From the human T2T-CHM13v2.0 reference genome, Homo sapiens: DNA of 64,000 bases. A program made the position numbers and the translations under genes. Below are positions 1 through 10,769 of the stretch, piece by piece. The notes under the pieces are model-generated. The model did no database searches, was not told the origin of the DNA, and was given only the letters and a program-made list of their open reading frames with translations. The DNA lies in assembly GCF_009914755.1 (NCBI RefSeq), contig NC_060929.1; one strand, written 5' to 3'. Position 1 is the first letter of the stretch. Each line of letters begins with the position of its first letter.

Positions 1-64
1 AAAGGAACCAAATACTTATGTATACATCCTTTCCAGTCAATCCCCACACTGGCCCATCCCACAG

Positions 65-296
65 GAGTACATACTGCATGATGCATTTGATCCATGGTGA
101 TAAAAACAAGGTGGTGGTTATGAAGGCCAGTGTGGGAGACAGACTGGAAAGGATGCAGTGGGGCTTTCTAGGAGGATGGAAATATTGTGTGTCTTGTGTT
201 GAATATGGCCACACAGAGTTATACTACTGTCAAAAACTTATCAAACCAAACACTCAAAATCTATGTATTTTACTGTATGTTAATTATATCTCAGTC
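65..296 (+). mobile_element. Old L1M (L1MC/L1ME-type) 3' UTR fragment
   Basis: Ends GTCAAAAACTTATCAAACCAAACACTCAAAAT...TTTACTGTATGTTAATTATATCTCA, typical of the old L1M 3' terminus; boundaries approximate. Confidence 0.7.
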
Positions 297-1625
297 TCTT
301 AAAATGGTACCTGTGTAACTGCACCCAGCTTCTAAAATACTTGTACTCTCTCATTCCAACTAGACATATTTAATAGCATCACAGATGGACATTTTCTATT
401 AAACTGTAAGTGGATGGAAAATGAGAAACGGTATTTGTTGAAGGTCATTTTTTACTACAGAGACTTCGTTAATTTAACTTGAGGCTAGAAGATGCCGACA
501 AGTAAGCTAACCACTTGGTGAAATATGGGGTCTAAAGATAGAAACTTAAGCATTAAAGATTCTAGGGGATGAAGATTAAATTAGGCACTCTTGCTACTAA
601 TGCTCCCATATGAATTTATTAAGAGGAAATTAGCACAGGCATTGGACATATTACCTAGCCAACACTTCTTCTTACAAGTTGTAGAAAATCATTGCGATAG
701 AAGAAGGGTTATAGTAACATGATTAACAATTGCATTCAAGGTTCTGAAATGCAGTTCTAATTGATATAGGAAAAATCTAGGTGGTGGTGCTTTTATGAAA
801 AGATTAAATTCTGTTCTGGGTCAAGAAGAAAAGCCTGGATGGAAATGTATCCTGTAGCCTCTGCCATCTTGACCTTTGAAAATTAAGAAAAAAGAAAATT
901 ACTTGCATAGAGGTGAGCCTTCTCTTTGTTTAGAAAGTGGAGAACTGGTTACATGTCCTTCTCTAACATGAAACTGGACAAATATCACCTCTGTCTCTTT
1001 ATGTCCCATCAGGTTTAAAAACAGAACATTTAGCTTTCTATATCTCAGAGAATGAATGTGGATGTAACACTAACTGGATAATTGAAGAGGTACCAGTGGC
1101 CCCTGTGAATCCTTTCATTTCACTTCTAATGGTTTCGTCAACAATGTGTTAGTAATTTCAGAGAAAGAGGCATGAGGCCAGCTTTTCCACTGCAATTTTT
1201 TCCACATCAGATGTGGGGACCTACGGGGTGAGCAAGATGAACCACTGGGCCATGAAAGAAAATGTAAGAGCTTCTCATTGTATTAAATCTTAATGAGAAA
1301 GGAAAGAGTTATCTGTAATGTTTTATTATCAGGTCTCTAATCAAGATGGATAGGCACCCAGAGGAAGCCAGTGGCACCTCACTAGGTTATTTGCCTTACT
1401 GACATGCTTTGCAGCTTACATGTGTCACAAGAAGTTCGTTTAAAGATTGTATCACCTAATGTTACTGAGTTATCTTTGGGAATAGAAAATTGATTTCAAA
1501 AGTGTGTGCACAGAGATATCAGTTGCACCTCGGTAGTCCAGAGAGCAGAACAGTTTGGCCCAGTCACCCCCAGCAAGGGTCAAAAACAAAACAGGAGCCC
1601 CATGTGGACACAGATTCCAGGCGTC

Positions 1626-2620
1626 CACTTCTAGCTGACATGGAGTCAGTCACAGAAACTGCATATACCCTTTCCCTTAAAACAACAGAAAAAAGAATTT
1701 AGGAAATGATGTTTTTCAGGACACTTTACATCAAGCAGTGAAGGACAGTGATTATTGATATGCAGGAAACATGAAGAGAGCCCAAGGATGTGACAGCTTA
1801 CTATCCAGAGAGATTTTCCAGGCCACAGCACAGAGCAGGAGAAACAGGGTATTGTGGCCGACCACCTCAGGAGAGAGGCAATGCGGAGAGATGGGGAGAT
1901 GTGGGTCATCAGAATTTGCATCACTGAAGAAAGGAGAGGACAGGGCTGTAGGGAGAGAGAGCTGTAGAGATCTTCAGAGCACTGTCCTCAGACAGTCAGC
2001 TATGTACTGACCAGCTCCTGTGGCTGAGAAAACTACTCAAGGCCTGGGAAAGAACCACACAGAAGAATTAGAGAATAATGCCCAGTGCTCACCCAGGGCA
2101 CAAGTAGCACTGGTCTCACTACCCGGACTCTGACCCCGAATTGTTCATAAGACATTGGGTAGAGTACTCAGTTAGATCTTGACTCATTAGAGGGGAATAA
2201 TTATCCCTGGAATGACTGGCAGTCCCACCGCCTAACAATTTTTTTTTTCTTTTTTTTGATACGGAGTCTCTATCGCCCAGGCTGGAGTGCAGTGACGCCA
2301 TCTCGGCTCACTGCAAGCTCTGCCTTCCGGGTTCACGCCATTCTCTTGTCTCAGCCTCCTGAGTAGCTGGGACTACAGGCGCCCACCACCACACCCGGCT
2401 AATTTTTTGTATTTTTAGTAGAGACAAAAATTTTTTGTATTTTTCATTGTGTTAGCCAGGATGGTCTCGATCCCCTGACCTCATGTGCTGGGATTACAGG
2501 CGTGGGCCACAGCACCTGGCCCCGCCTAACAAATCTTAAAAGCAAGACCCAAAAGGATAGAACTGTTCTTAAGTCTCATAACTGTGCCTCATAACAAACG
2601 TCAAGATCATTTATAGGAAT
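1626..2620 (+). mobile_element. Old L1M 5' region (L1MCa/L1MDa-like), interrupted by an Alu
   Basis: ACTTCTAGCTGACATGGAGT...AAAACAAC...TTTTCAGGACACT...CATCAAGCAGTGAAGGACAGTGAT resembles recalled L1MC 5' ends. Confidence 0.55.
2239..2521 (-). mobile_element. AluY-like SINE, internally rearranged
   Basis: Poly(T) then Alu reverse complement with AluY-type GCAAGCTC, TTCACGCCATTC, GTTAGCCAGGATGG; TSD CCGCCTAACAA at 2228-2238 and 2522-2532. Confidence 0.95.
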
Positions 2621-4040
2621 GCAGGTAATTCTCCCAAATAAATGACAGCATAAGCAAGCAACAAAAAAATTAGCAGAGCTGATGCTTATTCCTAGAGTAA
2701 GATTTTTATCAGGCAAATTATTTTTAAAAAATTCCTTGCACTTACTCTTTTCTTTGCACCTAAAACCATCTTTTTCTGACTGTCTTCATGGTTCCTTCTC
2801 ACATCCTCCAAATCTATATGCAAATGTCACCTTCTTGTTGAAGCCTTCCCTGAAAACGCAACTAAAAGGGCACTCCACCCCCATAAGCTTTACACATCTA
2901 TTAATGATGTACAGTTTTTCAGGACTCTCCCCATCACTGACAACACATCAGTAAACAAGACAGATGCAACCTCTACCCTGCTAGAACTTACCTTTTGCCA
3001 GGGGAAGATCAATAATGATAAAATAAGTATTTGTTGAATGAAATAAATAACCTAGTCATTATGCTGCCACAAAGTTGGCCAAAACATTTGAATTTGCCAA
3101 GAAGTTTATTCTTAAAATAGATTTATATCTGCTATTATTAATCAATAACCTTGGTCAACATCTATATATAATGCTTTGAGATTAATCAGCTACTGATGAA
3201 ATAACATATAATAAACCATAAGTACAAAAATATATACATAGGGCATATATTCAAAAATGTTTGATTGATAGTGATGCATGATCAGCAATGTTTGCAGAGC
3301 ATCAGTCTAGGTCCAGGCCAACTATGGGAAGAGTGAATGTGTGATGGACCACTCTTCCCATTTCAAGGAGGTACATTGGTCTCCTAAAAGAATATATCAT
3401 AGAACCTGCCTTTGAGGATGACCAATCTTTTATTTTAACATCTTTGTTTCTGTTGAAATATTCTGTTTGGCTTTCTTCCTATAAGATGGGAAAGAAGAGG
3501 AGGAAGAAGGAAGAGCACTATTGATTTTTAAACAGCATTATTTTATGCTCCTGGTGATTGCACCTCACTCTGTATAAGCTTTGCTTCTCTGAGCCTCAGT
3601 AGCAAAAATAACCACAAACACAGAGTCTCAACTAAGTTCCCTGGCATGGGATTTTTTTTATACATCATTTACTGCCTGCTGCAGTGATTACACAATGCAG
3701 TCCATAACCTCCAGAGAGAAGAAGGATGAGAGAAAGCATGCGTACGCGTGGGCTGGGCTGTGCTTGTGTTGTGAATGCAATGAATTCTGTGCTGCCTACT
3801 CATACATTTTCTACTAATAACGGGAGGAAAACACACTTGAATCAGAGACTCTTTTTTTCTTTCTGGGTTTGTTGATTTAATATTTCAATAAGTTAGCTAA
3901 CTGTGGGAATAATTTTAAATCATTGCTTTTATATTTAGACAAGAGAAATAAATTTCTTTTAATGTCAGTGACTTGGCAGGGCACAAGCCCAAGGGATGCC
4001 CCTATATTCTATCTCAGTTTGTAGAAAATTAGTTTGATTT

Positions 4041-4092
4041 ATGTGTTTGTGTGTGTACACATATATATATATGTGTACACACACACACACAT
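4041..4092. repeat. (TG)n-(TA)n-(CA)n compound microsatellite forming a palindrome
   Basis: Read directly; 4048-4085 is its own reverse complement. Confidence 0.95.
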
Positions 4093-4993
4093 GCAAATTG
4101 AAAGTAGAATCAGGGTCATCTCAGTTCTACTTTGGAGGAAAATTGAGGTCATGGTCAGATTAAGCAATGACTTTTTAAATTTTTTTCTAAATCAGTGGCT
4201 CCTGATTCTTTTGTGATCATAAATTAAGCTATGGAACGTCTCCCAGAGATGGGGGTGAGTGGGGAACACAGAATATTTTTCCATATAATTTCTGGGGACA
4301 TGGGTCCCTCAGGAAAAATCCCTGCTTCAGATCTAAAATTCAGCGTATACTAGCAATGCCCATGATTTATAATTCAATAGCAGAGACAGAAGCAGGAAAG
4401 GGACCTTCATCCTTGAAACAAAAAGAAACGCTGCTGCATTTACCTAGAAACTCCCCAAGGCCAAAGTCCTTGTCTTTGATTTTATTTCTGTTTTCACATG
4501 GCCTACAGCTATAACGGTTCCTACCTACAGCAAATTTCAGCAAATGAAAGGACTGAGTAGTACTTTTTAGAGCCTCCTGGGTGGCTCTTTTATGTAGGAA
4601 CAATTCTAACCTGGATCCATCTGGAGGAAGTCACGGTGGGTGACCAGGGTCCACCACTGCCCTTTCCACCCTCTTTGTCACTATGGTCACCAAGCTCACC
4701 TCTCTATCCCCTGTTCTGATGAGGAGGGCCTGGCCTTCTAGGCACAATCTTAGTTGGAAAACCTTTTATCACTCAATAGATGCTTGGCAGCCTTTGCTTT
4801 CCCTGCAGCCTTAGAACGCGAGTTTAGTAGGGGTTTAGGGCAGCCCATCACAGAAACACCATGTCTCACCCAGCCTTCCACCAGGAAGGTAATGTGAAGG
4901 ACAGATCTCCTGTCTCTCCTGCTTCCATGTTAATCCTCCTTGCTGGTTATGCACAAGCTGTTGCTCAGATGTAAGCTTGAGAATGTAGACATA

Positions 4994-5298
4994 GGACAGC
5001 CATGGTGGCTCACGCCTCTAATCCCAGCACTTTAGGAAGCTGAGGAGGGTGGATTGCTTGAAACCAGGAGTTCGAGACCAGCCTGGCCAAGATGGGGAAA
5101 CCCCGTCCCTAATATAATTACAAAAAAAAAAAATTAGACAGGTGTTGTGGCTCATGCCTGTAATCCCAGCTACATCAGGAAGCTGAGGCATGAGAATTAC
5201 TTGAACCCTGGAGGTGAAGGTTGAAATGAGCCAAGATGGCACAACTGCACTCCAGCCCGGGTGACAGGGTGAGACTCTGTTTCAAAAAAAAAAAAAAA
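4994..5298 (+). mobile_element. Alu (old AluS/AluJ)
   Basis: Full dimer with A-rich linker and poly(A); TSD AATGTAGACATAG at 4982-4994 and 5297-5309. Confidence 0.95.
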
Positions 5299-5809
5299 TG
5301 TAGACATAGTAAAACGTGGTGAAATGTATCTGGAAGCATCTAACCACCATGAGGATCCCAATGCCTCCATGGATACCGAGCTTTTACATATTTCCTGACC
5401 ATGCTTCCCCCGTAAACTTCAACAAGCTTGTTCTGGGGATGAGGCCACACATCAGGAAACACTCCAGCCTCAAGGGAAGCTGTAAGGGAGGCTGCTTCTC
5501 GCCAGTCAACCTCCATCAGTCACTGAATGGGGCACCGAAAGAGAGTGAAGGCACCAGCCTGTTGTACTCATGCTGGACCTAGCTTGACCATAGAGGACCC
5601 TGCTCTCAGTCTTCCCACCGCTTGACTTCACTTCCTGGATTCCGACGTTCACTTGTGTATCTGAACTCAGTTTCCAATGCTTTTCTGTGAAGTCTTTCTC
5701 ATTCCCCGCAGTCAGAATTAGTCACTGTTGCCTCTATTGTTCCCAGCCTCCTTTTGCTTTTTGTTTGGTGTTTGCATTTCCATCTAACATCATCTTTTCA
5801 AAAAGATGC

Positions 5810-6362
5810 CCAGGGTCTTGGCTTCAGACAGCAGAGTCTGAGACAACAGGATTGTGTACTACCACTTATTAAGAAGTGTAACCCCAGGAGCAGCAGTGAG
5901 GGAAAGGGCAGCAGGCCAGAGCAAGGGGCACTGGCGAACTCACCTCCACTGTTATTAAGTGCAACCATTTATTCAGACTTGTGGGTTTATCTCCCCAGAG
6001 ACCACATAAGTGGCTGCTCCTCAGTTTAGTCTTTCTGGGAAGGAAAGAGAAATAATCTGTCCTCCAGTTCCCTCTCTCATTGGCGACAAGTTCTCCCTAT
6101 AGGCATTATTTACCCCTGCACTTCCGGGCCGGACATGTGTGGACCCGCAGCAGAACCTGGAAGAGCAAAGGCAGCTGGGAAATGTGTGAGGCCGTCATGT
6201 AAGTCATGAGCCTACTGGGTTGTGTGTATGAGAAGGGGTCTGGAAACCACACAAAGCGAAGCACCGTGGTCATGGCTGCCGGGGCTGGAACCATTGGCCA
6301 AAGGCTCCGTAAACAGATCCTTAGATAGCCTGCTGTGGTGCACAAGAGGTGTCTAATGTACA
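5810..6362 (-). mobile_element. Ancient ERVL-class solo LTR (LTR16/LTR33-like)
   Basis: CAGACAGCAGAGTCTGAGACAACAGGATTG...CTTATTAAGAAGTG...CCCAGGAGCAGCAGTGAGGG pattern of reverse-strand ERVL LTRs; highly diverged. Confidence 0.5.
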
Positions 6363-6774
6363 GGCATACACAAGCTCTATCTCCCACGTGCCCTAATTAA
6401 GTGGGTCATATATGAAATTCCATAAATGTGTCATATATGAAAAATTCTGGAATCTTGAAGTTGGAGGAGAACTTCAGTCTGTTCTACAACCTGACCGAGG
6501 AGTCTCTCATGCAGCGTGCTCGACAAAGCCATCTTGACCATGCTTGAAGAACGTGAGCTCTCCCTGAGGCCAACCATCTGCTGCTTGGGGCAGTAATAAT
6601 CAGAAACCCTCTACCTGCTAAGCTGACAGCTGACTCCCTGCAGACCTCAACAGACCTTCGCTGCTGTTGTCCATTTATACAGAACAAGGGCATTCTCTCT
6701 GTTGCACGTCAGGCTTCCACATGGTTTTTGAGTTAAAAATGTTTAGGTTTCAGAATGAATAACCCATAACTAAC

Positions 6775-7068
6775 CACAACAATATGGGTAAATCTCGTAA
6801 ACATGATGCTGAGCAAAAGAACCCACATGTAAGAAAGTGTGTAGGATAGGATTTCATTCATATCAGGTACGAACGCAGCCGCAGTCACTCTATGCTAGAG
6901 CCCTGGGAGAGTGAGAGATAGGTGCATGCAAGGGACTTCTGGAGTGCAGCCAATGTCCTGATCCCTGACCTGGCTGCTGGCTACAGGGTTGTGCAGGTTT
7001 GTGAAGTTCATCAAGCCATCCACTTAAGTTGTGTGCTGTTTTCTATGTGAATATTTTGTTCCAATATT
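6775..7068 (+). mobile_element. L1ME 3' end fragment
   Basis: AATCTCGTAAACATGATGCTGAGCAAAAGAA...TTTGTGAAGTTCATCAAGC...CACTTAAG matches L1ME 3' UTR motifs. Confidence 0.75.
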
Positions 7069-7805
7069 TTCTTTTAATGTTGAGTCCTATCAAACATTAC
7101 TTCTATGAAATAGTGACCATTATCTTTGCACCTCTGTATCGTCTGTCGTATGGTGCTTGGCTGACAATATGACCTTTGGGGGAGCACCCAGTTCTGACAA
7201 CAATGTGGCCTCAGTCTCAACTATTATGTAAAACAATTTTTATAAATAGATACTAAGCTTCCATTGATGTCACCTTAAATGACTTGGGAAGTTTGGCCAT
7301 TTTTCAAAATGACAGATTTATAACTTTTGACAATTTTTTCTTCCTACATTTTCCCATATAGTTATCAAGAAACTAAGCATATGGTCAAAACATTCAAGAA
7401 ACACAGCGGGAAATTCTATGACTCACACACACGTGTTAAGAATGATGTGAAATGGAGCACAAGGTTTTCAGTGTTACATTTCTACCTTAAAATGGTCCAC
7501 TGTATGTGTTACCTTTCTACCTTGACTGTACCTTACATATGACTTAATAAATCATAATAAATAAATCCATGTGATAGAATTTATTCAGGTATTATAAAGA
7601 CATGAGAAGTTTTTAATACAAAAAATGTACATTAATAAGCACCCTTGAGAAACACAAAATGTAGCAAGGGACACAGACAAATGAACAAGTGATTGCTCTG
7701 TCATATGAATGCTGCTTCACTGAGCTTAGGAGCCTCACGGGAAGTGCCTCTTCCGTAGTCTGTGGGCAGGTTTGGGGAAGCTAGCAACTGATGGAGTTAG
7801 GTAAC

Positions 7806-8209
7806 TGATATGGTTTGGATATGTGTCCCTGCCCAAATCTCATGTTGAATTGTAATCCCCAGTATTGGAGGTGGAGCCTGGTGGGATGTGATTGGTTCAC
7901 AAGGGCAGATCCCTTAGGCCTTGGTGCTGTCCTCATGATAGTGACTGAGATCCCACAAGATCTGGTTGTTTAAAAATGTGGGGCACCTCTTCTCTCTCTT
8001 GCCTCTTCTTGCCCCATGTGATGTCCCTGCTCCCCCTTCACTTTCTGCCATGATTGGAAGCTTCCTGTGGCCTCCCTGGAAGCTGAGTCCATGCAAGCAC
8101 CATGCTTCCTGTACAACCTGCAGAACTGTGAGCCAATTAAACCTCTTTTCTTTATAAATTACTCAGTCTCAGGTATTACTTTATAGCAATGCAAAAATGG
8201 CAATAAACA
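7806..8209 (+). mobile_element. MST-type (MSTA/B) MaLR solo LTR
   Basis: TGATATGGTTTGGAT...CCCAAATCTCATGTTGAATTGTAATCCCC start, ...TAAACA end; 5-bp TSD GTAAC at 7801-7805 and 8210-8214. Confidence 0.93.
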
Positions 8210-8229
8210 GTAACAACTGGCTAGGGAAA

Positions 8230-9050
8230 GGTGCTCTATGAGAGTATGCAAACCTCTAAAGGTAAACAAGAGTGGGAAAATATTTCAGTGGGACCTGGGA
8301 ATGATCAAACGCAGGTGAGGGAGCTGAGCAGGGAAAGAGGAGAGGAAAGTCACACCATGAAAGCCATGGGGAGCCATATAAGGGCTTTTTGAGGAAGAGT
8401 GAAATCATCCATTTGGAGTTTTCAATAGAATGTGCTGGCTGCAATGTTAGGAAGGGTGGAGGATAGCCAGAGGGAGACAGAGAGGCCACCTAGGAGGCTT
8501 TGCAGGATTTGTGGTGAGAGGTTGGGTTGGCCTGAATTGAAGCAGTAGCACCGTGGATGAAGAAAAGTAGAGGGTGGTGAGTGTTGCATGGGAGGTAGAT
8601 TTGTTGGCTCCGATATCACTGCATATGGGTGGTGAGGACGGCAATCACTCAAAAATGGCTCCTGGTTCCCAGCTTGTGCACATGGGCTAAAGTAATGATG
8701 TACCAAGACAGAGGTCACAAGATGCTTGGGGCAGCTGCCTGCTGTGCAATTTCACACAACTGTGGGACACCTACGTGGAGATTCTCAGTGGGCAGCTGGG
8801 TCCTGGGATCAAGATCTCATGGTAGGAAGTAGTGATAGTTCCAGACACAACCTCAGGAGTTATTGATGTGGTCCCAGGTGATGTAAGCCATGTGAGGAGA
8901 TGACAGTCAAGTGGGGATAGAGAGACAGCAAGAGGCAAGGGCAGAAGTGGACTCCCCATGAGCCTGGAATTCGTAGGATGAGCAGAGGAGGAAGAGCCCC
9001 CACCCCTCCAGAGGTTGAGCCCATGAGATAGAAAAATGATGAGACAATTA
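8230..9050 (-). mobile_element. L2 LINE fragments
   Basis: Purine-rich L2 antisense motifs (TAGGAGGCTTTGCAG...GGTGAGAG...GGCCTGAA); degraded, boundaries approximate. Confidence 0.65.
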
Positions 9051-9134
9051 TGACATGGAAAAACAGCACAGGGATCTCCACAGAGTGAGGAGATGAGATC
9101 AGGGACACACACACAGGAGGGTTGGAGATGGGGC

Positions 9135-9887
9135 TTCCCTAGGCCTCTGCACTCTGCGCCTGCTTTGGGAGGGACAGCCCTGGTAATCTATGACATGTCT
9201 TCAGCATCATTCTTTCATTGTCTTGGATAATAGGTCCTGGCTTCAGGTTAGATGGCTGACTGATGTCCTTATCAGACGGTTGTTTGGCCATACTTTTGTT
9301 CTCCCTGGAACAGGCTTTCTCATTCTTTGCAATATGGATAGACTGAAAATTTTCAAAATCTTTAAGTTCTTCCTCTCTTTTGATTAACAATTTCATCGTT
9401 AAAACATTTCTCTCTGCTTGCATTTTACTATAAGCAGTTGAGAGAAATCAGGCCACTTCTTCAATAAGTTACTTTGACTTTTCCGCAGCCAAATGCCCAA
9501 TTTTATTGCTCACAAGTTCTACCTTTCACAAACAGTAAGACAGAAACACAATCTAGCCTAGTTATTTACCACTTTCTAGCAAGCTGGACTTTCTTTCATT
9601 GTCCAATAGCATGCTGCTCACTTCCAGTAGGCCATATTTCTACCAACATTCTGCTGAGGATTACTTTGATATTCTCTAAGAAGACTGAGGTTTTCTCTGC
9701 AGCGTTCTTCTTCTCCTTCTGAGCCCACACCAGAATCATCTTTAATGGTTTGCTTGGAGCAACGTAGGCCTTTTCTAGCATGTACCTCAAAACTCTTTCA
9801 GCCTCTACCTATCACTCAGTTCCAAAGCCATTTCTACATTTTTAGGCATTTGTTACAGCAGCAGCTCCATTTCTTGATACCAATTTC
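9135..9887 (-). mobile_element. MaLR internal sequence, 5' part (MLT1/MST-int)
   Basis: Reverse complement starts GAAATTGGTATCAAGAAATGGAGCTGCTGCTGTAACAAATGCCTAAAAATGTAGAAATGGCTTTGGAACTG, the MaLR-int start; ORF 9139-9423 (EEELKDFENFQSIHIAKNEKACS) resembles decayed MaLR ORF. Confidence 0.8.
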
Positions 9888-10010
9888 TGTCTTAGGAGTC
9901 TCCAAAGAAACAGAATCAAGATATTTAAGGCTGGGTCACACAGTCTTGGAGGCTGTGAAGTTCTATAGTCGGCTCTCTGAAAGCTAGAGGCCTGGGAAAA
10001 CCCTGCTATG
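9888..10010 (-). mobile_element. MLT2-like (ERVL) LTR 3' end fragment
   Basis: TCTCCAAAGAAACAGAATCAA...TGGAGGCTGTGAAGTTC...TCTGAAAGCTAGAG resembles MLT2 reverse strand. Confidence 0.5.
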
Positions 10011-10011
10011 A

Positions 10012-10653
10012 TGCCTCCCTTTGGAGTGTAGACACAGCTGATAAGCATTAACATTAAAATACAGATAAAATATAGATTGTAACACTGACATAACAGACTC
10101 TTTGTAGCAATAAGATACCCAACTCCAACCCAACCTTGGTATAGCATCACATGACGGATAACAGGACCTGAAGGAATATATTTCTTTGACATATTTTGGA
10201 ATGGCCCTGCAAAGCCATCTATTGTAGGAGAAATTGCATTCTGTAGATAATCTTCTCACCTTAGTAGGTCTTCTCCAGAGAATCTGACACCTTCCAAGTT
10301 CCCAAAAGAGACATTTATCATCTATTACCTCTGAAACCTGCTACACAGAGGCTTCATCTACATAACAAGAACCGTGGCTTCCACAACCCCCGTTAGGTTA
10401 ACTCAAGCATTGCTTTCTGCTGACTTTAATTCTTAAGTCAAAACTTAACTCTTTCAACTAATTTCCAATCAGAAAATCTTTGAATCTACCTATGACCTGT
10501 GAGATCCCCATTTTGAGATGTACCATCTTTCCAGGCCAAACCAGTGTATACCTTATATGTATTGATTTATATCTTTGTCTTTAACTTCTGTCTCCCTAAA
10601 ATGTATAAAACCAAGCTGTAACCCAACCATCTTGGGTACACGTTCTCAGGACC
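10012..10653 (+). mobile_element. ERV1 MER4-group LTR body
   Basis: ACAGACTCTTTGTAGCAATAAGATACC, ATATATTTCTTTGACATATTTTGGAATGGCCCTGCAAAGC, CCCTAAAATGTATAAAACCAAGCTGTAACCC are MER4-family motifs; similar to the LTR at 55050. Confidence 0.85.
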
Positions 10654-10769
10654 ACCCTTCCCACCTAGGCCTGAACTAGCTTTTCAGGTTTTCTTTGGGA
10701 TCCCCTTGACCACGTGAGGGAGGTCTGTTCAGTCAGTTGGATGGCTTAGAACTTCATTTTTGGTTTACA
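10650..10769 (-). mobile_element. MER4-group LTR 5' head, inverted
   Basis: Reverse complement reads TGTAAACCAAAAATGAAGTTCTAAGCC...GGTCAAGGGGATCCCAAAGAAAACCTGAAAAGCTAGTTCAGGCC, the MER4-type 5' terminus. Confidence 0.8.
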
